64,000 nucleotides of DNA from Nitrospirota bacterium. GTDB lineage: Bacteria > Nitrospirota > UBA9217. Below the pieces are notes generated by a model, which ran no database searches, had not been told where the DNA came from, and saw only the letters and a list, made by a program, of their open reading frames with translations. Below are positions 8,768-19,033 of this stretch, one piece after another. The translations under genes and the position numbers were made by a program. Where the stretch lies: NCBI GenBank assembly GCA_963663225.1, contig OY760142.1, forward strand, positions 864,001 through 928,000, given 5' to 3'. How positions within the stretch are numbered: the stretch's first letter is position 1; each line of letters begins with the position of its first letter.

Positions 8768-9667
8768 TTACCGTTTCCCCCCTGCTTCATGTCCGCCAAA
8801 TTGGTTCCGCAATGCTGAAATGATCTTTCCCGTGTAGCTTGGTTTTTTCCCGGATTCAAGCCGGAAGTTGAGCGCCCCTTCAATGACCGGCACCGGGATC
8901 TCAAATTCCTTTGCGGCTTCCACCGTCCACATTCCCTCGCCGCTCTGTGCTGCAGTGCCTGAAATTCCGTTTAAATCGGCGCCGTGCTGTTCATAAGCTT
9001 TTTGAAGCCATCCCACAAGCCGAGACGTAATCACACTCTGATGGTTGTACAAATCTGCGATTTTTACAAGATCAAGTTCGAAGGGCGATCCCTTCATGAC
9101 CGCAAACCCCTCCGCCAGCGCCTGCATCATGCCGTATTCAATGCCGTTGTGGACCATCTTCACGAAGTGGCCCGCACCGGACCCTCCCATATAACCGTGT
9201 CCTTTCTCTGCGGACAAGTCTCTGAACAGCTGTTCAAACTTCTCATAGACGGGCCTCTTCCCGCCGACCATGATGCAGGCGCCTCTTCTCGCGCCTGCCG
9301 GGCCGCCGCTCGTTCCTGCGTCAAGAAAATCGATGCCGTGCTGTTCGAGTTTCTTCGCCCGCCGCATGGTTTCCTTGTAGGGAGAATTTCCTCCGTCAAT
9401 TATGGCGTCTCCCTGTTCGAGGTATTTCAGGAGTTCCGCTAAAACATCATCCACGGCCTGGTACGGCACCATAATCCAGACCAGCCGAGGAGAGGACAGC
9501 GAGCCGGCAAGTGCCTGGATTGAGTCTGCAGGCTGAGCGCCGCGCAAAGCGATTTTTTTAACCGGCTCCACGCTCCTGTTGTACACCACGACCTGGTAGC
9601 TCCTGTCGAGAAGCAGCTCCACCATGTTGAAGCCCATTTTTCCCAAACCGATATATCCGAGTTTCAT
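8768..9667 (-). CDS. gnd: Decarboxylating 6-phosphogluconate dehydrogenase (short type)
   Basis: GYIGLGKMG, IDGGNS, GAGHFVKMVHNGIEYG, ALRNQFGGH; start at MKLGYIG with GAGG SD. Confidence 0.95.
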   Translation of the reverse strand: MKLGYIGLGKMGFNMVELLLDRSYQVVVYNRSVEPVKKIALRGAQPADSIQALAGSLSSPRLVWIMVPYQAVDDVLAELLKYLEQGDAIIDGGNSPYKETMRRAKKLEQHGIDFLDAGTSGGPAGARRGACIMVGGKRPVYEKFEQLFRDLSAEKGHGYMGGSGAGHFVKMVHNGIEYGMMQALAEGFAVMKGSPFELDLVKIADLYNHQSVITSRLVGWLQKAYEQHGADLNGISGTAAQSGEGMWTVEAAKEFEIPVPVIEGALNFRLESGKKPSYTGKIISALRNQFGGHEAGGKR

Positions 9668-9729
9668 ATGACCTCTTTTTTTTAAAGCCGCCTGCCGTTC
9701 TCTGTTGTTTCCAAGCACCGGCTTTCCGG

Positions 9730-10203
9730 TTAAAGGACACGCTCTCTGTTCTTTTTCATGCACTCATTTTCTATGGCAAGGATTTTTTCGAGTCTTCGAA
9801 CATGCCGTTCGATACCGGAGAAAGATGCGGACAAGAACGTACGCACTATTTCTTTCGCAAGTTCAGGACCAACAATTCGCGCACCGAGACAGAGGACATT
9901 CATGTCGTCGTCCTCCACTCCCTGGTGCGCGGAAAAAGAGTCATGGCAGACCGCCGCGCGGATGCCCGGAAATTTGTTCGCCGCAACGCACGCGCCGACT
10001 CCGCTGCCGCATACCACAATGCCACGGGCGGCCTCTTTGTCGAATATGGCGAGGGCCACTGCGCGGGCATAATCCGGATAGTCAACAGATTCGAAGCTGT
10101 GAGTCCCCAGATCGTGCACCGTATGGCCGAGCGTTCGAATATATTCAGCGAGAACCGCCTTCAGCTGAAATCCTCCATGATCAGCGCCGATGGCTATATT
10201 CAT
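9730..10203 (-). CDS. rpiB: Ribose-5-phosphate isomerase B
   Basis: IGADHGG, SVDYPDYA, CGSGVG..ANK.PGIRAA, RHVRRL. Confidence 0.95.
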   Translation of the reverse strand: MNIAIGADHGGFQLKAVLAEYIRTLGHTVHDLGTHSFESVDYPDYARAVALAIFDKEAARGIVVCGSGVGACVAANKFPGIRAAVCHDSFSAHQGVEDDDMNVLCLGARIVGPELAKEIVRTFLSASFSGIERHVRRLEKILAIENECMKKNRERVL

Positions 10204-10298
10204 AGCAGTTTTTTGCTCCTTTCTCCCGCAGGAACAGCGCGGAGATGCGAATGGAAAAACCAGAACATGCTTTTCAGGGAAGAATATCTTTAAAAAAA

Positions 10299-10326
10299 AT
10301 CATAGCATAACCTAAAGGGATGTCAA
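10299..10326 (-). promoter_or_regulatory. Sigma70-like promoter of the rpiB-gnd-zwf-pgl operon
   Basis: Minus strand TTGACA-16 nt-TATGAT with TG extended -10. Confidence 0.5.
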
Positions 10327-10456
10327 GGCGGCACGGCCCGTACCGTCCACACCGATCCCAGCTTGATGGCGGCTGCTGAAACAGGGTGAGTGCCGGTTTG
10401 ACCTTTTCTGAATGGGAACGTGTTTGCGGCGTTCTCTGTTCGTCCGTAAAGGACGG

Positions 10457-11368
10457 TTATTGCAGCTTTATCTTTTTCTTCAGTTGACCCAGAACCTGTA
10501 TCGCTGTTGCTGTTTTTTTAAATTTAACGGCTCCGATAAGATACCGGCCGGCCTGTTCGATCATGACCGGTCCATACAGGGAATCCACGGCCTGCAAGGA
10601 TGTCTCTCCGTGCATCTTTTTCTCGTGAACGCCTTTTCCTGATGCCGTCAAATACGTCCGATACTGATCAAGAGATCCCCGTGCTGTTTCCGGAGTGTCT
10701 TCCAGCACGATAAACACTTGCATTTCTTCCCCCTGCAGCTGCGCATCCGCAATGAGTCCCCGCCTGAAAAATTCATATCCGAGGAGACTTTGCGCAATAT
10801 ACCGCTCGCTCTTCGGGACGACTGCAGGTATCGTCAGCGCTGCAAGTTCCCTGGGTCTGTTGGTGTTGTTCGGCAGGCGTCGGGTTATTTCCTGAGCGCA
10901 GGACAGAAGGATATTCTGTTCCAGGCTTGTTGTTCCCGTGGCTTGAAGTCTTACGAGATATCTGTCCTGGTAAAAAAACAGCTGTGACGAAGAAACAGTG
11001 CCTTCGGCGCCGACGGCGGCTTCAGCGTCGTCCTTTTTCCGGTAGTTGGCATACATGCCGAAAGCATCGAGCAGGGAGCCCATCTTATAGACATCAGCAT
11101 CCACGGCAATTTGAGGATTTTTGCTGTTTCCATATCTGGCCGAGGCAAGCAGTTCGAATCCATACGGGAAATACAGCTCCGACTCGCCATTGATGCGTTC
11201 AAAGAGGGTGTCTTTGTTATACAGGACCACCTTCCCGTCCCTGTCCCATCCGGACGCGCACGACGGCGAAGCCAGGACGGTCTCAAGCGCAGCTTCAGCA
11301 GCACCGGATACAATCGGCGCAAAAAAAGAGCAAAAAACGATTATAAAAATAAACCGGATGATCTGCAT
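10457..11368 (-). CDS. Exported protein, DUF6599-like
   Basis: Signal peptide; LFERINGESELYFPYGF and VYKMGSLLDAFGMY are typical of this family as I recall it. Confidence 0.65.
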   Translation of the reverse strand: MQIIRFIFIIVFCSFFAPIVSGAAEAALETVLASPSCASGWDRDGKVVLYNKDTLFERINGESELYFPYGFELLASARYGNSKNPQIAVDADVYKMGSLLDAFGMYANYRKKDDAEAAVGAEGTVSSSQLFFYQDRYLVRLQATGTTSLEQNILLSCAQEITRRLPNNTNRPRELAALTIPAVVPKSERYIAQSLLGYEFFRRGLIADAQLQGEEMQVFIVLEDTPETARGSLDQYRTYLTASGKGVHEKKMHGETSLQAVDSLYGPVMIEQAGRYLIGAVKFKKTATAIQVLGQLKKKIKLQ

Positions 11369-11383
11369 GGCTCCTCCTGCTTT

Positions 11384-13345
11384 TCAACGCTGGTTATTCA
11401 GCAATGCCGCAGCTATCTGCCGTGCGACTCCGCATGGGTCGCCGGCGTGCTGGTCGATTGATTCGTCATGCGGCATCGACGCCGTATCATGCGCGGATGT
11501 CGATCCGAGCATCATACCGGCCGGTTTTCGTGCTTTGGCAGGAATCGGGAACGCTCTCCCCTCGAATATTGTTCCCCAGATGGGAATCTGATTCAGTTTC
11601 AGAGGGTCGACGCTGAACGGGTCTTGATCGAGCACGGTAAAATTCGCAATCTTGCCGGGGATGATGCTGCCGAGTTCGCTCTCCTTCCTCCATGAATACG
11701 CGGCCTCGATCGTGACAGCGCGCAAGGCGTCTTCCACGCTGATGCGTTCTTCAGGGCCCGCCACGCGGCCGGATGGTGTAACGCGATTGACAGCAGCCCA
11801 CAGGAAATTGAGCGGGGAGCTCGGCCCCATCGGAAGATCGGAATGGAAGGACAGTGGAATACGGCGTTTCAGGACCGAAGCGGAGCGCACCATCGTGTCC
11901 GCCCGCTGCGGTCCAAGTCCGAACTCACCATATTTGTCCGCAAATCCCACCGTATAATAAGGATTCGCGCTCACAATGGCGCCGAGCCGGGCGATGCGCG
12001 CGATTTGCTCCGGTGTTGACGTGGCAAAGTGGACGATGACCGCGCGATGGTCGGCGCGGGGAGTTTCGATCATCCTGCGTTCCAGAATATCAAGCACCGT
12101 TTCGAGCCCCTGATCGCCGTTCACATGGATGTGGAGCTGATAGCCGGCGTTCCAGTAAAGCTGCGTGCGCTCGTCAAGGTTCTTCGGAGTCATCAGCCAT
12201 TCGCCATGGTGGCCGTCAAGGTAGCCGTCCTTCATCTGCATGAGCTGCGAGATGATCGCGCCGTCGGCAAACAGTTTAATCTGTTTTGGAAAAAAAGAAA
12301 CCTTACCCTGCGGCGCCAGGGCAATCTGCTTCTCGGTTGCAGCGAGCGATTCAGGCAATCCAAGGCCTGCATCAACCTGGCTGCGGGCATCCACGACAAA
12401 ATAACTGTAGAACGGAGCATCGTCCGATCCCAGAATCTGCTGGTACAGTTTCCAAATGTCGGGCGTAAAAAGCGCGCCGGGTTCCATATAGGCGGTCACA
12501 CCGTTTTGGTGGAGGTAGGCAACCATCTGCTTCAACCCGAACGCCATGCGCTCCGGCGTGGCAAACACTTTCAGAAGAGGCCTCAGGATTAGGTTCATCC
12601 CTGTCTCCCACCAGTGGCCTTCTTCCCAGTTCACCATGCTGCTGGCGTCGCCTTTACCCTGCATCTGCTCTTCGGTCAGGCCAAGCGCCTTGATGGCTGC
12701 AGTGTTAAGATAAAATTCATGGCATGACCGCTGCCAGACTGCAATCGGCCTCGTGGCGCTGACGGCATCCAGCGTCTTGCGGTCGAGTTTGCCGTGCCAG
12801 AGCGCGTGGTAGCCCCATGAGAACAACCATTTGCCCTTGTCCTTCATCGCGCGGTCTGCCGCTTTGAGCCTCGCCATATATTCCTCTGGGTTATTTGCCG
12901 CCTTGAATGTGCGACCCGGCAAGACCCAATCCTCGGTCGCGATTACTTCCGTTGATAAGGTCAACGAGCCGAGGATTGGATGCAGATGCTGGTCGATGAG
13001 TCCCGGCAGAATGATTTTTGATTTAAACGTATCGTTCACTGCAAACCGCCGTCCGCCAAGCGCAGACTTCACTTCTTCGAGCGTGCCGACGGCCAGGATA
13101 TGCTTTTCGGCCACTGCCACGGCAACGGCCTCCGGATTGCCGCGCTCCATGGTTATGATTTTTTTCGCCGTATAGACCGTTATCGGCTCCATCGACGCGC
13201 CTGTTCCCGGCTGTGCCGTCTGCAAACCGTTGGTTAATGCTGAATTCAGTGAACCGTCGGCCACAGCAGTATTTCCCGTGATCAGCAGACTAAAGACAAG
13301 CATCCCACTGCCAAGCCACATCGGTATGGCGAAAACCTTCTTCAT
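11384..13345 (-). CDS. Exported metal-dependent amidohydrolase (YtcJ-like, Amidohydro_3)
   Basis: ILPGLIDQHLH, IKLFADG, HIHVNGD, FHSDLP, GSIIPGKIANFTVL; signal peptide; AGGAGG SD before MKKVF. Confidence 0.88.
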   Translation of the reverse strand: MKKVFAIPMWLGSGMLVFSLLITGNTAVADGSLNSALTNGLQTAQPGTGASMEPITVYTAKKIITMERGNPEAVAVAVAEKHILAVGTLEEVKSALGGRRFAVNDTFKSKIILPGLIDQHLHPILGSLTLSTEVIATEDWVLPGRTFKAANNPEEYMARLKAADRAMKDKGKWLFSWGYHALWHGKLDRKTLDAVSATRPIAVWQRSCHEFYLNTAAIKALGLTEEQMQGKGDASSMVNWEEGHWWETGMNLILRPLLKVFATPERMAFGLKQMVAYLHQNGVTAYMEPGALFTPDIWKLYQQILGSDDAPFYSYFVVDARSQVDAGLGLPESLAATEKQIALAPQGKVSFFPKQIKLFADGAIISQLMQMKDGYLDGHHGEWLMTPKNLDERTQLYWNAGYQLHIHVNGDQGLETVLDILERRMIETPRADHRAVIVHFATSTPEQIARIARLGAIVSANPYYTVGFADKYGEFGLGPQRADTMVRSASVLKRRIPLSFHSDLPMGPSSPLNFLWAAVNRVTPSGRVAGPEERISVEDALRAVTIEAAYSWRKESELGSIIPGKIANFTVLDQDPFSVDPLKLNQIPIWGTIFEGRAFPIPAKARKPAGMMLGSTSAHDTASMPHDESIDQHAGDPCGVARQIAAALLNNQR

Positions 13346-13408
13346 TATAAACCTCCTCATTCGAGCGGTCAGAGAGAACCATTTTTTCAACGGCAAGTCT
13401 TCCCTGCC

Positions 13409-13690
13409 CTATTCCTGCTGACGGTAATAATAAATAAGAAATATCTGAAATGCGACCATAACGGTATTGACCGCGTAGAAATAGATCACGTAGTCCATAT
13501 TGTACAGAAATTTATACAGAATGCCGCTTATATATCCAATAACGATAAAAACGTAGAACACCGTGCTTTGGCCTTTGACTGTTTTTGTTCTTACTGTTTT
13601 TGCGATTGCAAACGGCCACGAGATGCCAAAACAGATGAGCATGATCAATTCAAATATTGTTCTTTCAAAAATCATTTTTTCTCCGAACAC
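13409..13690 (-). CDS. Small 3-TM membrane protein (PQ-loop-like)
   Basis: FELIMLICFGISWPF..KTVKGQS, three hydrophobic segments. Start uncertain. Confidence 0.7.
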   Translation of the reverse strand: MFGEKMIFERTIFELIMLICFGISWPFAIAKTVRTKTVKGQSTVFYVFIVIGYISGILYKFLYNMDYVIYFYAVNTVMVAFQIFLIYYYRQQE

Positions 13691-13781
13691 TCTAATGAAA
13701 TTTGATATAGGGAAACAATGTTAACAGGTTTTTTGTCACGTGGCACCGCGACAGTGCCCTGAAAGATTCCGGACGGATTTT

Positions 13782-14594
13782 TCAGGGGGATGCGGATGTA
13801 TGCGTATATCCGATGAAAAACAACCGTTTAAACGGAAGAATCACCATGCCGTTTTTCTGCAACGGGTAAACCTTTTTTATTTCCTGCAGGACTTCATCCT
13901 CAAATTGTTCAGTTTCAGCATTGTCTTGCAGGCAATCCAGATAGGGTTTTAAACCCGTGCTTTTTATCCACGCAAGAATGGCCGTGTGGGATGCGAGCGG
14001 GTGCAGATAATAGGTTTCCCATATTTCAAATGACCGGAACCTGTCGGCAAGATGATCGTAATAGAACCGGTAATCGTGACGGGTAAATACCGAGGAACAT
14101 CCGTCCATTTTTTTCCGCCATCGTTCGTTCTCTGCCGCCTTTTCAATGGCCTTGCTCAACGGCATGTCCCGGAATTGCGGTATCTGCACGGCCAGCACGC
14201 CGTTCGCAGACACCAAGTCGCACAGCACATCGAGCAGGCGCGTGTGATTCGGAATCCACTGAAGCGCCGCATTCGAAAATACGATGTCGAATTTTGCATC
14301 ACTCCGATATCCGGAGGCATCGGCAACAATCCATGTGTGTGATGGATGGTCGCGTTTTGCCCGTTCGATCATTGTCGGAGAGCTGTCTATTCCGAATAAT
14401 TGCGCTGTTGGCCAGCGCTGCATCAATACCTGACTGCTGTTTCCCGGTCCGCATCCGATATCAATTATCGAACGAGGAGAGGAACGTATTGTAATTCTGC
14501 TTACCAAATCAATGGACGGCTGCGTGCGTTCATTTTTATAGGTCAGATATAAATCCGGATCCCAGCCATTGGTGCATTCCACGTTGTTCCTCAT
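13782..14594 (-). CDS. tam: Trans-aconitate 2-methyltransferase-like SAM methyltransferase
   Basis: WDPDLYL..ERTQP..DL, DIGCGPGNS, FSNAALQW, LPFKRLF. Confidence 0.85.
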   Translation of the reverse strand: MRNNVECTNGWDPDLYLTYKNERTQPSIDLVSRITIRSSPRSIIDIGCGPGNSSQVLMQRWPTAQLFGIDSSPTMIERAKRDHPSHTWIVADASGYRSDAKFDIVFSNAALQWIPNHTRLLDVLCDLVSANGVLAVQIPQFRDMPLSKAIEKAAENERWRKKMDGCSSVFTRHDYRFYYDHLADRFRSFEIWETYYLHPLASHTAILAWIKSTGLKPYLDCLQDNAETEQFEDEVLQEIKKVYPLQKNGMVILPFKRLFFIGYTHTSASP

Positions 14595-14690
14595 TTGCTC
14601 TTTGTTGTTTCAATGAAAAAATGAAGCAGCGCGGCAGATCATTGGACATCGGTCGCAACAAACGACAACTCGTTTTACCGCACCGCAATG

Positions 14691-15857
14691 CTAGCCCAGA
14701 ACCATTCTTGCCCGGGCCATTTTCGATGCGATATTCAGACCGCGCACGCATGTTGCGACACATTCGGAACAGTCTATGCACGCCGAAGCGGCGATCTTTG
14801 ACTCACCGTACGTCGACCGGGCGAGCTGCGGGCTTTTATATCCTTCCGCGTACATCAGCGAGCGGTTGATCGTGCTGATTTCCACGCCTTGCGGACAGGT
14901 GCCCTCACATTGTCCGCACAAGGTGCAATAATATGGATCAACGGCGGCGCTGTAGCGGTTCAAAATGCGTTCATCGGCGTAGCTGAACGGCATTCCCATG
15001 ACCGCGATATCCTCCCTGAGCTCCGCCATGTTCCTCATGCCCGGAATCGCCGTTGTGACATTGCTGTTTTGAAGAGCCCATTTCAACGCCGCCTGGTGGG
15101 GGCTGATCATCCCCAGCTCTTTCGTCGTGTACCCGCCTGCCTGGGTCTTCATGGCGATAATGCCGATCTTTGCCCGCGCCGCCCGCTCGATTGCCTCGGC
15201 AACGTTTTTGTCGCTCTTGAAATTGTAGGAAACAAGCGCCGTATCGAAAAACCGGTCTTTGTCGTCCACAAGCGCGTTCAGCACTTCCACCGGGTTTTTG
15301 TGTGTGGTCACTCCGAAGAACCGCACTTTTCCCTGTTCTTTCAGTTTCAGGAGCGCTTCTTTTGTCTCTGAGATGAAAATTCGCTCTTTATCCGACAGGC
15401 TGTGAAGCTGGAGCACATCAATATGGTCGGTATCAAGTGCCTTCAGGCTCGTTTCGGCGTCCTTGATAACGTCCGCCTTCGCTGTTGATTTTGTTTTCGT
15501 CGCCAGATAGACCCGGTTGCGTCTTCCTTTTAACGCCTTCCCCACAATCTCTTCATTTTTGCCGCCCATGTACACGCGGGCGGTATCAACATAGTTGACG
15601 CCGTGATCAAGGGCAACCGCGATAACCTCCGGTTCGGGAGTCAGCATGGCACCAAAGCTCACGACCGTGATCTTCAGACCGGTCCTGCCGAGCGTGCGAT
15701 ACACCGGCTGGGGAAACGCAAAAGGATCTGCTACCGCATGCTGTGAAACTGTTCCGGCAATCGCGACGCCTCCCACGAGGGCTGATGCGGTCCCTGCCAC
15801 TCCCGCTTTTAAAAATTCTCGTCTGTTCAATCCCGCTGATTTTTTTTCTTCACCCAT
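14691..15857 (-). CDS. Aldo/keto reductase with Tat signal and C-terminal 4Fe-4S domain
   Basis: LNRREFLK twin-arginine motif, RTLGRTG, DTARVY, CTLCGQCEGTCP and CIDCSECVATC; AGGAGG SD. Confidence 0.88.
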   Translation of the reverse strand: MGEEKKSAGLNRREFLKAGVAGTASALVGGVAIAGTVSQHAVADPFAFPQPVYRTLGRTGLKITVVSFGAMLTPEPEVIAVALDHGVNYVDTARVYMGGKNEEIVGKALKGRRNRVYLATKTKSTAKADVIKDAETSLKALDTDHIDVLQLHSLSDKERIFISETKEALLKLKEQGKVRFFGVTTHKNPVEVLNALVDDKDRFFDTALVSYNFKSDKNVAEAIERAARAKIGIIAMKTQAGGYTTKELGMISPHQAALKWALQNSNVTTAIPGMRNMAELREDIAVMGMPFSYADERILNRYSAAVDPYYCTLCGQCEGTCPQGVEISTINRSLMYAEGYKSPQLARSTYGESKIAASACIDCSECVATCVRGLNIASKMARARMVLG

Positions 15858-15921
15858 GACGCCCTCCTCGTGCCGCCATCTGCCGGACAATCGCAACCGC
15901 GGCTTTCGAAATCTTTTGCTC

Positions 15922-17226
15922 CTATTTTGCCCCTGCCTCGATCAACGCCTGAACCGGTTTCAACCCATAGGGACTCTCCTGTTCTATTGCAGTCAGCACG
16001 GTCCCTCCACCGGTAAAGAAGTAGTAGTTGGCGTTATCCATCACCGACAAGTACAGGCCGGGGCACAGGTCCTTAAACTCCTGCAGCGTGTCGCCCCCTC
16101 CGTACATCTTCATGGCCGCACGATTTCTGTCTATGGTATGGTCCAGAGCCTGCGACCCTTCGGAAAAATGCGGGGTGAACCCCATGACCGCATTAACGAA
16201 AATCGTCCGCGCGCTGTCCAGGGCCGATGCAACCGTACCGTCTTCAAAAGAAGCCGGATCAATGTCGAGAACATAACGATACGCGTTTCCCGGTTTGAAA
16301 TCGTTTATGGATAGTGTTCTATATTTGCCGGCCTGCTTACCTTCCAGAGTATCGGATTCCACGATGCGCGGCAGTTCGACTATTTTTTTCTGCGTCCGAT
16401 CCTTTTCGACCAGAGCTTTTGCAAGCTGAATGTCTTCATCGAGCACGCCCTGAATGCGTACATTATATTTCGCGCAAAGATATGTGTTATAGATGACTCC
16501 GCCCAGAATAAGCCGGTCGACCTTGTCATAGATCGCGGAAAGCGGTCCTATTTTTGTGTCGTACTTGGCGCCCGCGACCACGGCGAGAAAAGGCCGTTCA
16601 GGACTGAGCACCCGGTCCAGATTCAGGAGCTCCTGCTGCATCAGAAAACCGGCATAAGAAGGAAGACATCTGGTGATATTGTATGTTGAGGCGTGCGGCT
16701 GCCACGATCCGAAAGCGTCGTTCACATAAATGTCCGCCAAACCGGCAAGCTGCAAGGCAAAACTGTCGCACGGCGCGCCTTTTGACTCCTCGCCCTGGAA
16801 CCATCTCGTGTTCGGCAGATAGATGGCTCCGTATTTTCTTTCCCGGAGGTCCCGAATGGCCAGGTTGATCGAGGTGTCTATGCCAATGATCCCCTTGTCG
16901 GCGTCGGCAGGGAACTGGGGAATGTGGACTTTTGTGTGAAGCTTCTGCTCAAGGTATTGCGCAATGGGCTCTACCGATTCCTGGGGTCTACAAACAATGG
17001 CCCCGGTTTTTTTGTCCTTGGGCCTTCCGACGTGCGTCATCAGAATCGGCCTTCCGCCCCGTTCGACAATATGAAACAATGTTCCGATGGTCCGGTCTAT
17101 CCGGAAAGGGTCCCGCACCTCGCCTTTCTTCACCACATTGTGATCAAACCGGACAAGGACGATTTTCCCGTTTAAATTTGCGTTCTGAATAAGAGGAACG
17201 CCCTGTTCTGTCAGGGTGTTTTTCAT
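15922..17226 (-). CDS. pgk: Phosphoglycerate kinase
   Basis: RFDHNV, THVGRP, NTRW, VNDAFG..HAS, GGGDT, TGGG. Confidence 0.9.
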   Translation of the reverse strand: MKNTLTEQGVPLIQNANLNGKIVLVRFDHNVVKKGEVRDPFRIDRTIGTLFHIVERGGRPILMTHVGRPKDKKTGAIVCRPQESVEPIAQYLEQKLHTKVHIPQFPADADKGIIGIDTSINLAIRDLRERKYGAIYLPNTRWFQGEESKGAPCDSFALQLAGLADIYVNDAFGSWQPHASTYNITRCLPSYAGFLMQQELLNLDRVLSPERPFLAVVAGAKYDTKIGPLSAIYDKVDRLILGGVIYNTYLCAKYNVRIQGVLDEDIQLAKALVEKDRTQKKIVELPRIVESDTLEGKQAGKYRTLSINDFKPGNAYRYVLDIDPASFEDGTVASALDSARTIFVNAVMGFTPHFSEGSQALDHTIDRNRAAMKMYGGGDTLQEFKDLCPGLYLSVMDNANYYFFTGGGTVLTAIEQESPYGLKPVQALIEAGAK

Positions 17227-17489
17227 CGTCCACCTCCTTCTTCTTGCCGGGGAGAAGAGATCGCCGGTACGTGTATGAGAGTGTATCGTACAAAGAGAAG
17301 CTTGTCAAACAAGCAAGTCCATAGCACAAAACAAAATCATGCAGAAAATAACTGTTTTTGCTATACTTACATACCGTAGTAGTTACTGCAACAGATATCA
17401 TCAGCAATTCACTTCTGAGATTGTAGTTTTTCTGCATTTATATATGCTCAAATAATACAAAAATACTACTGAAAGGAGGAGGCACAGTT

Positions 17490-18146
17490 ATGGAAAAAAC
17501 AAGCAGTACACAGATGGTCAGAGTGTGGCGTATGTTTCTGTACACAGCGGTCATAGCTTCATTAATCATGGGGGTGACAACTGCTTCATTCGCGGCAAAA
17601 AAGACATTGGAAGGATCGGCGGCCATTATTGATATCAATACCGCTGACGAAAAAACCCTCGAGTCCCTGCCCGGAATCGGAAAAGCAACGGCTAAAGCCA
17701 TTATTGCAGGGCGTCCTTACAAAAGTGTGGACGAATTGAAGCGCGTAAAAGGAATGTCTGACAAAAAGATACAGGCGCTAAAGGGAAAAATTTCCGCAGG
17801 AGAAGCAGCGGCATCAGCCGCAACAGCTGCCACATCGCAAAAAGTAACAGCCGCGGAGAAAAAGATGACCGATACCTCCGCTGCAGCTTCTCAGAAAGCG
17901 GCCGCCGCCGAGAAATCAGCAACGGACAAAACCTCAAAAGCCGCGAAGAAACTCGCCCCCGGCCAGCGGATCAACATCAACACCGCCACCAAGGAAGAGA
18001 TACAGGCCCTGCCCGGAATCGGACCGGCAAAAGCCCAGGCCATCATTGATGCAAGACCGTACGATAAGCCAGAAGATCTGATGAAGGTCAAAGGCATCAA
18101 GCAAAAAACCTTCGACAAACTAAAGGACTATGTTTCAGTACGATAG
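17490..18146 (+). CDS. ComEA-like exported protein with two helix-hairpin-helix modules
   Basis: IDINTA..LESLPGIGKATA and ININTA..IQALPGIGPAKA separated by an Ala/Lys-rich linker; signal peptide. Confidence 0.85.
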   Translation: MEKTSSTQMVRVWRMFLYTAVIASLIMGVTTASFAAKKTLEGSAAIIDINTADEKTLESLPGIGKATAKAIIAGRPYKSVDELKRVKGMSDKKIQALKGKISAGEAAASAATAATSQKVTAAEKKMTDTSAAASQKAAAAEKSATDKTSKAAKKLAPGQRININTATKEEIQALPGIGPAKAQAIIDARPYDKPEDLMKVKGIKQKTFDKLKDYVSVR

Positions 18147-18205
18147 CAAGAAACAACTCATGCTTTTATACGGCTTGAGAATCTTCTAAAACAGGGAGGA
18201 CATAC

Positions 18206-18478
18206 ATGAAACGTGTTTTAATCGTTGTAGTGGCATTCTTATTTGTGGCATCAGTTGCTTTCGCGGGCGTCAATTCCTATCAGGTCACCGGACCGGTTCT
18301 TGAACTGACAAAAGACAAGATTGTGGTGCAAAAAGGCAAGGATAAATGGGAAATCGCGCTCGACGCAACTACCAAAGTTCCCGCCGATGTTAAAGTCGGA
18401 TCCAAAGTCACCATTCAGTACCAGATGAAGGCTACAAGCATCGAGGCAAAACCGGAAAAAGGCAAAGCCAAGAAATAA
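18206..18478 (+). CDS. Small secreted beta-rich protein
   Basis: Signal peptide ending VAFA; YQVTGPVLE..KVGSKVTIQY; GGAGG SD. Confidence 0.75.
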   Translation: MKRVLIVVVAFLFVASVAFAGVNSYQVTGPVLELTKDKIVVQKGKDKWEIALDATTKVPADVKVGSKVTIQYQMKATSIEAKPEKGKAKK

Positions 18479-18513
18479 AGACCAGAACCATCGACACACC
18501 GAAGGAGGTTATC

Positions 18514-18924
18514 ATGGGATTGCTCGACCAGCTCAAGGGGAAATTAGCAGAGACTCTCGGAGGTGAGGCCAATCTCAATAATCTGCTGGAACACGCCATG
18601 GGCATCATCAATAATCCTTCGACCGGCGGCTTGCCCGGAATCATCGAGGCGTTTAAGAACAAGGGCCTCGGCGATCTCGCCGCATCCTGGATATCCACGG
18701 GTAAAAATCTGCCGGTGTCCGCCGAGCAGATTCTTCAGGTGCTTGGACCGGAGAAAATCGGGCAGATAGCCCAAAAGGCCGGCATGTCCGGAGAGGCGTT
18801 GTCGCAGCAGTTGTCCGTGTACCTGCCTCAGATCATCGATAAACTTACGCCGAACGGCGAAATGCCGAACGCCAGCGTTCTTGAAGATGGTCTCAGCATA
18901 TTGAAAAAAGCATTCATGAAATAG
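18514..18924 (+). CDS. YidB/DUF937 family protein
   Basis: GGLPGII..GLGDLAASWISTGKNLPVSAEQI..LPQIIDKLTPNG. Confidence 0.88.
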   Translation: MGLLDQLKGKLAETLGGEANLNNLLEHAMGIINNPSTGGLPGIIEAFKNKGLGDLAASWISTGKNLPVSAEQILQVLGPEKIGQIAQKAGMSGEALSQQLSVYLPQIIDKLTPNGEMPNASVLEDGLSILKKAFMK

Positions 18925-19033
18925 TCACGCTTTAAAATGGCAAACACATCCTTCGGACTTCATTATTTGAAGCTCCGGGGGATGTGTTTTGTTTTTCATC
19001 ACTGGCAATGTTTACAGCAAAGGAGAATCTACC

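Noticed and set aside
17340-17436. Imperfect inverted repeat TGCAGAAAATAACT ... AGTTTTTCTGCA
   Set aside because: Short, AT-rich, single copy, with no target duplication. Not supportable as a MITE.
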